A stretch of 64,000 bases of DNA, from assembly GCA_963836185.1 (NCBI GenBank), contig CAWIIQ010000003.1, positions 224,001 through 288,000 on the forward strand, in the 5' to 3' direction. This DNA comes from Candidatus Krumholzibacteriia bacterium. Its GTDB lineage: Bacteria > Krumholzibacteriota > Krumholzibacteriia > Krumholzibacteriales > Krumholzibacteriaceae. The notes beneath the pieces were generated by a model. The model worked only from the letters and a program-made list of their open reading frames with translations. It did no database searches and had not been told where the DNA came from. The position numbers were made by a program, and so were the translations under genes. Shown piece after piece: positions 44,788 through 54,644 of the stretch; the stretch's first letter is position 1; the number at the start of each line of letters is the position of its first letter.

Positions 44788-46287
44788 GTGGAATCGATGG
44801 AGGAGAATGTGAGAATATTCAGATGCAGGATGTCACGACTGGTCACGCTTGTCTTCATGGCGGTGCTTATTCTTCAGGCCGCGCCGGCGCGTGGAGACGA
44901 GATCAGGATCAAATCCCTCGCAAACGCGCGCCTGGCCCTTGAGGACAGGGACAACCAGATCAATCCCTATGATTTCGGGCGCAACCCTGCCTGGCTTCAC
45001 CTCGATTACGAGTTCCGTTACCTGAGGTTCAACACGAGCCTGTACGAGACGAGCGGCGACCTGAGGCGGGAATACGATCCGCATCTCGTCAACAATTTCT
45101 TCATCGGTGTCGAGGGGAACAAGCAGCTCAGCGACCGGCAGACGGTCAAGGGGTACATCGATTATCAGCGCCTGCGCGACCGTGAGGTCTATCAGAACCT
45201 CGAGATAGACCAGTATAACGATCCGTTCTACCTCACAGACCAGACCACCGGAGATTTCGATTATTACGGGCCGCGGGCGAGCGTGGACTGGGGCATCAGG
45301 CTGAAAGAGGGGCTCTGGCTCGGCGCCGGACTCGATTATTTTATCAGCACGGGGCTCAAGCAGGTCTACACAAGACCGGAGATCGTGCACAACTTTGCCG
45401 AGGCGATATTCAGCCTCGCATGGCAGCCTGCGGGGAAATGGGCCCTCGGCCTTGCTTACAGGCCACTGAGAAACCAGAACAGGACGGAATTCGCAAAGAC
45501 GGACGAGGGATACGACAATGTCATCTATGGATACTCGGGAGACGAGATCTACGAGGTCAGGTCCTTTAGCGGCTACACGATCGGGGAGGTCGAGTACGGC
45601 CACTATATCGATCTGCAGGGATTCTACATGGGTGACGAATTCAAGGTGGGCCTGAACGCGAAGGGCGGCTTCAGCGAGACAGAGGTGAAATACAGCGCCA
45701 CCCGGCAGTACCCGAAGGGATACTGGAAGGAAGAATTGATCGACGCCGAGCTGCGCGGCAGGTGGACACCGGCGGGCAAGTCGCTTGCGGTGGGATTCAG
45801 CGCTCAGTACCTCAAGAACGACGGGTGGGGCGTCAGGCCCGACTTCGACGAGGTCCTGCTGTACGACAACCCTTACGCGATGTATTCGGCGGGGCTCGGT
45901 CTGTCATACTTCTTCAGGTCGATCGACCTGCTTGTGCTAGGTGAATATACAGCCGAGCAGTATGACATCGAGGTCTGGGACAACGGAGCCAATCTTTATC
46001 GCAAGGCGGACCAGCTCTCGCAGATAGCCCGGGTCGCGGTCGAGAAGGATATATCGAACGTATACTCGTTCAGGGCCGGATACGAGTACACCGACTACCC
46101 GATCGACCGATGGGTCAAGCTCCCGAGGAACATCGATGTCTCGAGGATCACCGGCGGATTCGGTGCCTTCTTCAATGGCTGGAACATCGATTTGCACGCA
46201 GTGTATGGATTAGGAACCAAGAAAGATTCTGACCAGGAAAGGCAGGAACTCGGCGGGGCCATCTGGTTTACGAGATACATGAATTGA
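44788..46287 (+). CDS. Outer-membrane beta-barrel (DUF6850-like); start probably 44809-44830
   Basis: Signal peptide, NPAWL, aromatic-rich alternating strands; position after DUF4876-like genes. Confidence 0.7.
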   Translation: MESMEENVRIFRCRMSRLVTLVFMAVLILQAAPARGDEIRIKSLANARLALEDRDNQINPYDFGRNPAWLHLDYEFRYLRFNTSLYETSGDLRREYDPHLVNNFFIGVEGNKQLSDRQTVKGYIDYQRLRDREVYQNLEIDQYNDPFYLTDQTTGDFDYYGPRASVDWGIRLKEGLWLGAGLDYFISTGLKQVYTRPEIVHNFAEAIFSLAWQPAGKWALGLAYRPLRNQNRTEFAKTDEGYDNVIYGYSGDEIYEVRSFSGYTIGEVEYGHYIDLQGFYMGDEFKVGLNAKGGFSETEVKYSATRQYPKGYWKEELIDAELRGRWTPAGKSLAVGFSAQYLKNDGWGVRPDFDEVLLYDNPYAMYSAGLGLSYFFRSIDLLVLGEYTAEQYDIEVWDNGANLYRKADQLSQIARVAVEKDISNVYSFRAGYEYTDYPIDRWVKLPRNIDVSRITGGFGAFFNGWNIDLHAVYGLGTKKDSDQERQELGGAIWFTRYMN

Positions 46288-46448
46288 AATGTGTAAACAA
46301 TGGTTGACAAATGTGTTATAATTGTTCGGCCTTTTAAAGGTGTTCTGAAAAAAGTGATGAAGGAGGTGAACTTCTAGAGATAGAAGGTACGAAGGCTAAA
46401 TTCCCCTGTTAACAAGGTTTTGATACAGCAGATCAGGAGGTGGCTACA

Positions 46449-48647
46449 TTGAGAATTATCACCTGTTGTATCGCACTGATGCTTCTGCTCGCAGGGCCCG
46501 CCAGCGCCCAGTGGACAGTCGAGTATCAGCCGGGCGGAAATCACGATGCCCACTACGGCATCACATTCACATCCGCCAGTATCGGTTACATCGTAGGCGG
46601 CGGTGGGCTGATCCTCAAGTCGACCGATGGTGGAGTCACTTGGGTTCAGCAGACATCCAATACGACCAGTACCCTCTACGGTGTCTTCTTCAAGTCTGAC
46701 ACAGAGGGCTGGGCGTGCGGCGCCGGCGGCACACTCGTGTCGACGACCGACGGTGGCGCCAACTGGACCGTTCACGCGCAGAGCGGCGTTATCGCGGGCT
46801 CCAATTTCAACGATATCTATTTCGTTGGAAGCGCCGGATGGGCCGGTAACGACGATGACAGATTGTACGGCACGACGGACAATGGTGTGACCTGGGATAC
46901 GTTGGGTGTCTTTGCTGATGACGTCAACAGCGTCAGCTTCGCCGACGCGAACAACGGTTACATCGCTCTTGACGGTTCCGGTATCGCCTACTCGACCGAC
47001 GGCGGCGTGAACTGGACGGCCGCGTCGGTCAACCTCGGTCCCTACCCTTACACGAGGACCGATATCGAGAGGATCTTCACTATCGATGCCACGACCGCGG
47101 TCGCGACCGGATGGGGCTCGATGGTAGGATACCAGCCGACGATCATCATAGTCTCCAACGACGCCGGCGCAACGTGGAACGTTCCCAGCGTCGGGTACGA
47201 GTGGGACAGCTATGGATATGGTTACGGCATCACGATGTTCGATGACGGCGAAGTCATGATCGTCGGCGGCGGCTCCGGCTTTGCGGCGCCCAACATCCAC
47301 AGCGGCGCGACTTATGCCAACTGGGGCCGCGTTCAGGAGTTCTTCGGCGACGATCTTCGCGCCGCCGCTACCGTACCGGGAACCAACACGGTTATGGCAG
47401 TCGGTGACGAGGGCTGTATCGCCAGGTCGACCGACAAAGGCCTGACCTGGGATTACCTTTACGATCCCTGCTTCGGATTCGGCGGGATCACAAGGTTCGC
47501 CCATAGTGGAACGACGACATACGCGGTCGGTGCCAGCGGCCTGTTCATGAAGAAGGAAGCCGGCGTTCCCTGGACGGCTCCGAATATTCTGTCGCCCAAC
47601 GGGTACGCGCCCAACTTCAGGGACCTCGCCTGTATCGGTAACACGATCTACGCCAGTGCTGGGTACGACTACCTCGCCATGTCGACAGATGGTGGTGCGA
47701 CATGGACCGAGTTGCACTCTGGCGGGTCTCTTGCCGAGGGTATGTACGGTATGTCCTGGTTCAACGACGGGAGCGGCGTCCTGGTCGGTGAACGCGCCGG
47801 CGAGGATGTGATCTACCTGACCGATGACGGTGGCGTTACTCGTAACGAGGTATGGTGGAACGTCAAGAGTGCGCAGTTCAACCATGTCAGTTTCGCTCCC
47901 GGCCAGGCCAAGTTCGGAGTAATCGTCAGCGATGACAACGCCTTCTTCTACACGAATGATGGCGGCGAGACCTGGACGCAGGGAACCGAGGATCTCGTGT
48001 CGACCTCCAACGATCTCGAGAAGGTCTGCATGCTCGATGCCATGACCGCATGGGCGGTCGGCGATAATGGAACGATCGCCAAGACGACAGACGGCGGCGC
48101 GAACTGGTTCCAGCAGCCTTCCTGGACTACTGCGATCGAACTGATGGACGTCTATTTCAATCCGCTGAACGGCCATGGCTTCATCGGTGGAAACGACCAG
48201 ACTGCCATGCACAGCAAGGACGGAGGAGTGACCTGGGAAGATATGGCACCTGTTCTCGCGGCTCCTGGTGACGATATCAATGCTATCTACCTGGCCGCCG
48301 GATCGAACAAACTCTATATCGGCGCGGATCACGCTATGATCCAGTACTGGGACAACTCCCCGACTGGCGATACGCCGATGAGCCTTCCGTTCGCACTCAA
48401 CCAGAACTATCCCAACCCCTTCAACCCGTCGACGACGATAAGCTTCTCGCTCGACAGGGACGGCTTCGTAGCGCTGAACGTATACGATGTGGCCGGAAGG
48501 GTCGTTGCGACGATTCTGAACAAGTCGATGACGGCCGGCACATACGATGTCGGCTTCAACGCAAGCGGACTCTCTTCAGGCGTCTACTTCTACAAGCTCA
48601 AGACTGCTGAGCAGGAGATGACCAAGAAGATGATCCTTCTGCGGTAA
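46449..48647 (+). CDS. YCF48/BNR (Asp-box) beta-propeller protein with FlgD/T9SS-type tail
   Basis: AGGAGG RBS and TTG start; many (S/T)xDGGxxW boxes; QNYPNPFNP...KMILLR. Confidence 0.88.
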   Translation: MRIITCCIALMLLLAGPASAQWTVEYQPGGNHDAHYGITFTSASIGYIVGGGGLILKSTDGGVTWVQQTSNTTSTLYGVFFKSDTEGWACGAGGTLVSTTDGGANWTVHAQSGVIAGSNFNDIYFVGSAGWAGNDDDRLYGTTDNGVTWDTLGVFADDVNSVSFADANNGYIALDGSGIAYSTDGGVNWTAASVNLGPYPYTRTDIERIFTIDATTAVATGWGSMVGYQPTIIIVSNDAGATWNVPSVGYEWDSYGYGYGITMFDDGEVMIVGGGSGFAAPNIHSGATYANWGRVQEFFGDDLRAAATVPGTNTVMAVGDEGCIARSTDKGLTWDYLYDPCFGFGGITRFAHSGTTTYAVGASGLFMKKEAGVPWTAPNILSPNGYAPNFRDLACIGNTIYASAGYDYLAMSTDGGATWTELHSGGSLAEGMYGMSWFNDGSGVLVGERAGEDVIYLTDDGGVTRNEVWWNVKSAQFNHVSFAPGQAKFGVIVSDDNAFFYTNDGGETWTQGTEDLVSTSNDLEKVCMLDAMTAWAVGDNGTIAKTTDGGANWFQQPSWTTAIELMDVYFNPLNGHGFIGGNDQTAMHSKDGGVTWEDMAPVLAAPGDDINAIYLAAGSNKLYIGADHAMIQYWDNSPTGDTPMSLPFALNQNYPNPFNPSTTISFSLDRDGFVALNVYDVAGRVVATILNKSMTAGTYDVGFNASGLSSGVYFYKLKTAEQEMTKKMILLR

Positions 48648-48668
48648 TACCCGATACCGCGTGCAATA

Positions 48669-48700
48669 TGAGGGGGCGGTCCTGCCCGCCCCCTCAGTTT
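48669..48700 (+). terminator. Rho-independent terminator
   Basis: tgagggggcgg...ccgccccctca followed by gttt. Confidence 0.75.
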
Positions 48701-48865
48701 AAAAAAGGTGGCAGAGGGCGAAGGGAAGATACACATCCTGCAGATCACTTCAGCGCTCGCTTGATCCTGACATCATGGAATCGACAGGAACATAAGTAGT
48801 ACAAATATATTAAATGGCAGCGAGAGTTCATTTTTCAGAACACCCTTAGAGGAGGATCCACGGGC

Positions 48866-51800
48866 ATGAAGAGAACCATTACGATCCTGGCGCTTTTGCT
48901 GATCGTGTCGGCAGCGATGCTGAGCGATACGGCAGCGGCAGCCGACGGGCGCGGCGAACCAATTCGCCTGATGAGACGGCCGGACATCCACGGCGAAACG
49001 ATCGTGTTCGTCTGGCAGGGCGACCTCTGGTCGGTTCCTGCCGATGGAGGTATGGCGAAACGGTTGACCGTACATATAGGCCTGGAGGACCATCCCAAGT
49101 TCTCGCCTGACGGCACGATGATCGCTATCACCGGCGACTACAATGAAAGACACAACGCGCTCTTCGTGATGCCCGCCGAGGGTGGACGTCCGAAGCAGCT
49201 CACGTGGCACACCGACAGCGCAGAGCCGGTCGAGTGGGCTCCCGACGGGAAGAGCATCGTCTTCCGCTCGAGGCGCGATTCGTTTGTCGGCTTCTTCAAG
49301 CAGTTCTATACCGTTCCCGTAGATGGCGGCCTGCCCGTCGATATGGGCGTCGGCAAGGGGAGCCTCGCTTCCTTCTCCCCCGATGGAAAGCAGATCGCGT
49401 TCAACAGGCACCCCGAGAGGTTCTGGTGGTGGAAGAGATACAAGGGAAGCCAGAACCAGGACGTTTGGATATACGATCTCGAGAAAGAATCATACGAGAA
49501 ATTGACCGAGTACGAGGGCAACGATTCCTGGCCGATGTGGGTCGGGGACAGGATCTACTTCGTCTCGGATCGCGATACCGATGTAAAAAACATCTACTAC
49601 CTCGATCTCGGCACGAAAGAGATCACGAAGGTGACCGATTTCAAGGGCCGCGGCGTGACCTGGCCCTCGCTGAACGAGGACGGCAGCAGGATAGTCTTCG
49701 AGAACGACGCGAAGCTCTTCGTTCTCGATACGGCCAGCGGCGAGGCGAAGGAAGTTGTCGTCTACGCCCCGGCCGATGACCGCGAAAATATGATCAGCTA
49801 TATCAATCCCTTGAAATACATCCGAAGTTTCGATATCTCGGCCACAGGAAAGAGGATCGTATTCGAGGCACGTGGTGAGATCTACACTGCGCCTGCCGAG
49901 CACGGCGATGTGAGGAACCTGACGAACTCGTCCGGTTCCCGTGACTCGTATCCGACCTGGTCCCCCGACGGCAAATGGATCGCTTACATCTCCGACAAGT
50001 CGGGCGACGACGAGGTCTACCTCGTCGACCAGATGGGAGAGAAGCCGGAGAAGAAGCTGACCGATTCCGGGCACTTCAAGGAAAACATCATGTGGTCCCC
50101 CGAGAGCGACCGCATGCTTTTTTCGACCGAGGCGAACGAGCTCTACATGCTCGGCATCGACGGCAAAAAGGCGACTCTTATCAACAGGAACGAGCACAGG
50201 GACATTACGACATACGCCTGGTCGCCTGACGGCCGCTATGTCGCCTACGACTTCGCCATCAGGAACAGGGCAAGGGATATCTACCTGTACGACACAAAGG
50301 AGAAGAAGCACCACCAGGTCACAAGCCATATGGCAGATGACACAGAGCCGGTCTTTACGCCTGACGGCAAGTACCTACTTCTGATCAGCGAGAGGTATCA
50401 CGGCGCGAGGATGCTCTGCAGGCTGAGTCTCCTGCCCGAGGAGGAAGAGCCCTTCATCTTCGAGGACGATGAAGAAAAGGTCGACGGTGAGGATGACGAA
50501 GAGGAAGAAGTCGCCGACAAGGACGACGAAGATGACGAGAAGGACAAAAAAGACAAGAAGGGCAAAAAGAAAAAGGACGAGAAGGTCGTCGTGAAGATCG
50601 ACTTTGACGGTATGGAGGGACGCATAAGGCGCGTACCGAAGGCTGCCGGCAGAATGATGCACAACATCAACGCGACCGACAAATATTACTACTATCTCGT
50701 AGTCGGCCAGGTGCGGATGATGTTCCGCCGCTCGTACGACCTCTACGCGTACGATATCGAGAAGATGAAGGCCGACAAGGTCGCATCGACGATCGTCGCT
50801 TACGGCATGTCTGCCGACCGAAAGAAGATCGCCGTATTCGACGGCTCCAATTTCGAGATCTTCAAGGTAGGCGGGAAGAAATCGAGCGGGAAGAAGCCCG
50901 CCACAGCCGCTGAGGCCAAGGCGAAGACAGGAAAGCTCGACATCAAGCGCAAGGTCATCATGGATCTCGACCGCGAGGCCGAGTGGAACCAGATCTTCAA
51001 CGAAGGCTGGAGACTGGTTAAGTACCATTTCTACGATCCTAACTATCACGGCGTCGACTGGGACGAGGTTCACGATTACTACGAGGCACTTCTGCCTAAC
51101 GTGAGGACCCGTACAGAGCTCAACTGGCTTATGACAGAGATGGTCGGCGAGCTCAACGCCTCTCACCAGGGAGTCTCGGGCGGAGACGCGGGCGGTGCGC
51201 CCCGCACCTCCCTTGCTTTCCTCGGCGCGAAGCTCGAGCTCGACGAGAAGAGCGGCTACGCGAGGTTCACGAAGATATTCAAGGGCGACAAGCTCTCGAC
51301 CCGCGAGAGGTCGCCGCTCGACGCCGATTACGTCAAGGTCAGGGAAGGCGATTATCTTCTCGCTATCGACGGTATTGAACTCGAGCCTGGCGAGAACTTC
51401 TTCCAGTACCTCATAGCGCGAACGCGCAACAAGGTGACGATCACGACCAACGACAAGCCGACGATGAAAGGCGCTATCGAGACGAAGTTCACGCCAATCT
51501 CGCACGACCTCGTCCTTCGTTACAAGAACTGGGTCGACGGGAACGTTGAGCAGGTCGACAAGGCAAGTGAGAACCGGATCGGCTACATGCATCTGAAGGA
51601 CATGAGCGGCAGCGGCTGGACCGAGTTCAGGGAGAAGTTCGAGCAGTTCCGTTACAAGGATGCCGTCATCATCGACGTGCGCTACAACGGCGGCGGCTCG
51701 ATCGACACGAGAGTGATCGATTATCTCGAACGCCGACCTTATCACGTGCAGCAGTCACGCGGCGAGTCGGTCATCACCCGCCCGTGGGACGTCTTTACCG

Positions 51801-52168
51801 GCGAGGTCGTAGTTCTCCATAACGAGTACTCGTACTCCGACGCCGAGGTGTTCCCCAGCGCGGTGAAAGAACGCGGGCTCGGTACATGTATCGGTGTTCC
51901 GACACTCGGGTTCGTGATCGCCGTGACGCCGCATTACCTGATCGACGGCGGCGCGATCCGCAAGACCTTCATCGGCATCTGGGAGGAGAGCACACTCTCT
52001 CAGCTCGAGAGCCGCGGCGCGATCCCCGATATTTATGTCGAGAGTCCTCCCGAGATGGAGAAGGCAGGACGCGACATGCAGCTCGAGAAGGCGATCGAGT
52101 TCCTTCTCGGCAAGATAGGCGACAAGCCGCGCGACCACGATACGAAGGTGAAGATCGAGGAGCGGTAG
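48866..52168 (+). CDS. Tricorn protease homolog (S41B), secreted
   Basis: PD40 repeats (FSPDG), GELNASH, PDZ, GYMHL, IDVRYNGGG, SDAE. Confidence 0.93.
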   Translation: MKRTITILALLLIVSAAMLSDTAAAADGRGEPIRLMRRPDIHGETIVFVWQGDLWSVPADGGMAKRLTVHIGLEDHPKFSPDGTMIAITGDYNERHNALFVMPAEGGRPKQLTWHTDSAEPVEWAPDGKSIVFRSRRDSFVGFFKQFYTVPVDGGLPVDMGVGKGSLASFSPDGKQIAFNRHPERFWWWKRYKGSQNQDVWIYDLEKESYEKLTEYEGNDSWPMWVGDRIYFVSDRDTDVKNIYYLDLGTKEITKVTDFKGRGVTWPSLNEDGSRIVFENDAKLFVLDTASGEAKEVVVYAPADDRENMISYINPLKYIRSFDISATGKRIVFEARGEIYTAPAEHGDVRNLTNSSGSRDSYPTWSPDGKWIAYISDKSGDDEVYLVDQMGEKPEKKLTDSGHFKENIMWSPESDRMLFSTEANELYMLGIDGKKATLINRNEHRDITTYAWSPDGRYVAYDFAIRNRARDIYLYDTKEKKHHQVTSHMADDTEPVFTPDGKYLLLISERYHGARMLCRLSLLPEEEEPFIFEDDEEKVDGEDDEEEEVADKDDEDDEKDKKDKKGKKKKDEKVVVKIDFDGMEGRIRRVPKAAGRMMHNINATDKYYYYLVVGQVRMMFRRSYDLYAYDIEKMKADKVASTIVAYGMSADRKKIAVFDGSNFEIFKVGGKKSSGKKPATAAEAKAKTGKLDIKRKVIMDLDREAEWNQIFNEGWRLVKYHFYDPNYHGVDWDEVHDYYEALLPNVRTRTELNWLMTEMVGELNASHQGVSGGDAGGAPRTSLAFLGAKLELDEKSGYARFTKIFKGDKLSTRERSPLDADYVKVREGDYLLAIDGIELEPGENFFQYLIARTRNKVTITTNDKPTMKGAIETKFTPISHDLVLRYKNWVDGNVEQVDKASENRIGYMHLKDMSGSGWTEFREKFEQFRYKDAVIIDVRYNGGGSIDTRVIDYLERRPYHVQQSRGESVITRPWDVFTGEVVVLHNEYSYSDAEVFPSAVKERGLGTCIGVPTLGFVIAVTPHYLIDGGAIRKTFIGIWEESTLSQLESRGAIPDIYVESPPEMEKAGRDMQLEKAIEFLLGKIGDKPRDHDTKVKIEER

Positions 52169-52198
52169 GCGAAGCGTCATAAAGTAGATGAGATGATA

Positions 52199-52230
52199 GA
52201 AGCCGGCAGCATCCGCTGCCGGCTTCTTTT
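52199..52230. terminator. Terminator between convergent genes
   Basis: gaagccggcagc-atcc-gctgccggcttc followed by tttt. Confidence 0.85.
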
Positions 52231-53311
52231 ATATGCTGTCTATCAGCTCAAGGTACTTTGCTGCGATACGTGAGGGTGCGAAGTCCGCCGCGCGCTCTAT
52301 CCTGAGCTCGCGATTTTCCCCGGGCGATTCCAGTGCCGTGCGCATGGCCATCCCGAATCGCAGATCGGTCCCGAAGTAACCGAGATGTCCGAGCCTTTTG
52401 TCATTGATGATATCGATCGGCCCCTCCGTACTGGTGCTCACGACCGGAATCCCTGTTGACAGAGCCTCGACAAGAGTGAGTCCGAACGGCTCTGTTTCAG
52501 AGGAGAGGACGAAGACAGACGCTCTTCTGAGCCAGGCAAACGGGTCGGGGACGAATCCGGGAAGGCTCACACAATCCTCGAGCCCGAGATCCCTGATCTG
52601 AGCTTCGAGATTTTCCCGCTCGCTTCCTTCGCCGAGGATCAGAAGCCTCGAATCCAGAAATTCCTTTATACCAGCGAATGTCCTTATGAGAAAGGTGAAT
52701 CCTTTCTGCTTCTCCAGCCGTCCTATGGAGATGAATACCGGTCTGCCGCTCTCGAAGAAAGGATGCTCTGGCGGAGAACTGTCCGGATCTTCCGGCCTGA
52801 CAGCCACCGGATTATGGATCACGTGACAGTTGGCCAGGCTGAAGTCCTCCCTGAATTCGTCCGCTATGGCAGTTGAAACGCCGATGACAGCATCCGCTTT
52901 CGGCAGCAGAGACCGCTGCAGCATATCGAGGAGCGATCGCCTGCCGCCCGGCATGTTCAGGCTGTGGTACCGCCTCGATCCATCGGCCCTGACGATGACC
53001 TTTCCTTTCCAGCGTGAGAGGATACGCGCCATGAGAGCGGCTGTGCCCACATGGGCCATCGCCGCTATGACGACATCCGGATCTGCTGCTTTGAGGAATC
53101 GGGTCAGCGGCATGATACCGCTCGCTATCCTCGGTACCCCGAACACGGTCAGCTCGACACCTTCCGGGACCTCGCTCCGCAGCGGACCGTCATCCTCGAA
53201 GGCTACGAAGTGAACCTGATGCCCCAGGCGCGCGAATTCTCCGGCCAGGGTGATCTGTACCCTTTCCGCTCCACCGCCGCGGAATGACGCGCTGAGAAGC
53301 ACTATCTTCAT
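52229..53311 (-). CDS. Glycosyltransferase family 4
   Basis: GGGAER, IGRLEKQKG, EPFGLTLVEA (Ex7E). Confidence 0.92.
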   Translation of the reverse strand: MKIVLLSASFRGGGAERVQITLAGEFARLGHQVHFVAFEDDGPLRSEVPEGVELTVFGVPRIASGIMPLTRFLKAADPDVVIAAMAHVGTAALMARILSRWKGKVIVRADGSRRYHSLNMPGGRRSLLDMLQRSLLPKADAVIGVSTAIADEFREDFSLANCHVIHNPVAVRPEDPDSSPPEHPFFESGRPVFISIGRLEKQKGFTFLIRTFAGIKEFLDSRLLILGEGSERENLEAQIRDLGLEDCVSLPGFVPDPFAWLRRASVFVLSSETEPFGLTLVEALSTGIPVVSTSTEGPIDIINDKRLGHLGYFGTDLRFGMAMRTALESPGENRELRIERAADFAPSRIAAKYLELIDSI

Positions 53312-53314
53312 CTC

Positions 53315-54644
53315 TTATCTCCTGAACACGCTTCGTGCCCTGATCATCAGTTTCCATCCGGGAATCGAACCGGGGAGATTGTACAGGAAATGCCCGACCC
53401 TTTCCATAGTCGAGGGGTGTTTCAGCAGGAAGGGCATCCTCCGTCCATTTCTGCACCAGAATATCAGCCGGAACTTCCAGACCTGGAGAGTCCGGATCAT
53501 TCTGCTGATTTCCGCTCGGCGGCAGATCAAGATAGTCGAAAGCCGCCGGGATCATCATCCCCTTCTTTTCAAGCCAGACGATGCATTCCAGAGCCAGGAA
53601 GCATCTTGCTTTTGGCGATGTGACGGAGGGTCGACTTCTCGACCTGGGCGGGAGTCATATCTCTCGTCGAGATCCGTCCGGCCTGCCGGGCCGAATCAAG
53701 CATGTCGCGGCCCCTCGCTGTCCGGCAGACGATCACGTTCTCCCTGTCTCCTCCCGCGTGGATATCCCCCAGCGTTATATCGCTCAACCAGTTTCCACTG
53801 TCCGGGCAGAGAAAGCAGCGGTAGAGAGAGAAGAACGGGATCGCCAGATCGTAGTACCTGTAAAGAGGCTTCAGTGCTTCACTGCCGTCGGGACGCTCGA
53901 AGCGCAGGCCGCCGGGGTAGGGTCCGTACCTCCAGTGAGTGAGCCTGGCGCCGCCTGGATACTCAAGCCCGAGCGTTGACGCGACGAAGGTCAGGGCTTT
54001 GTAACTCTGGACGTATCCGCAGAAAAGACCGATGGAGATGACCTCGCTTTCCCGCAGTCTCGGGACATGCTCGGTGGCCTCGCGCCAGCCGGCGAGCTGG
54101 CAGGGGGTAAATGTCCCGGCGATCCGCCGCGGCTCCCTCATCAGTTCGGGGATCAGCCTGGTGAGAACCGGGACCGGTCCGTACTTGCTCCCTGCCGCTT
54201 TTCTGACTTCTTCGATATCATCCGTCAGCCTGACGAGCGGCAGATCATCCTTCATGCCGACCACGAGCACCGAGTCGATCCTTCCCGATTCGAGGAGGTG
54301 GATCAGCAGCGCGGTCGCAATGCCGCCCGAAGAAGATTCGGAACGGATGTCCGGATCTGTCTGAATGACCGGCCAGGCATTCGATGACTGGTCCGCGTTC
54401 TGGGTGAAAGAGGGCACCTTCGCAGCAGTTATTCCTGGACGGCACGGCGACCGCGTATCCTTTACCGGGGCATACATCGACGCATAATCCGCAGTCGGTG
54501 CACTTTGACTCGTCGATCACCGGCTCGTGTGACATCGTGATATCTATAATCAGGGCTCCCGCCGGGCATGACCCCGACGCAGGCGCCGCAGCCGCAGCAG
54601 AGTCCGCAGTCGATTACCGATCTTTGCAGGTCCATGCAGTTCAT
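53315..54644 (-). CDS. FrhB/FdhB-like (F420 hydrogenase beta subunit family) protein with 2x4Fe-4S domain (about 4 frameshifts)
   Basis: CCGCGAC..CP, CTDCGLCVDVCP, SSSGGIATALL, GSKY, TPCQ, IGLFC, RCFLCPD, DITLGD. Confidence 0.8.

Noticed and set aside
46304-46322. TTGACA plus TATAAT as a canonical promoter pair
   Set aside because: Only 7 bp apart
46374-48332. 652-aa antisense ORF
   Set aside because: Shadow of the beta-propeller gene; no motifs; expected from GC-rich codon bias
50430-50590. GAN/AAG low-complexity stretch
   Set aside because: Encodes the acidic/basic linker common in tricorn homologs, not a DNA repeat element
50375-51745. 456-aa antisense ORF (also 18970-20301, 39887-41044, 14494-15666)
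   Set aside because: Opposite well-supported genes, with no recognisable features
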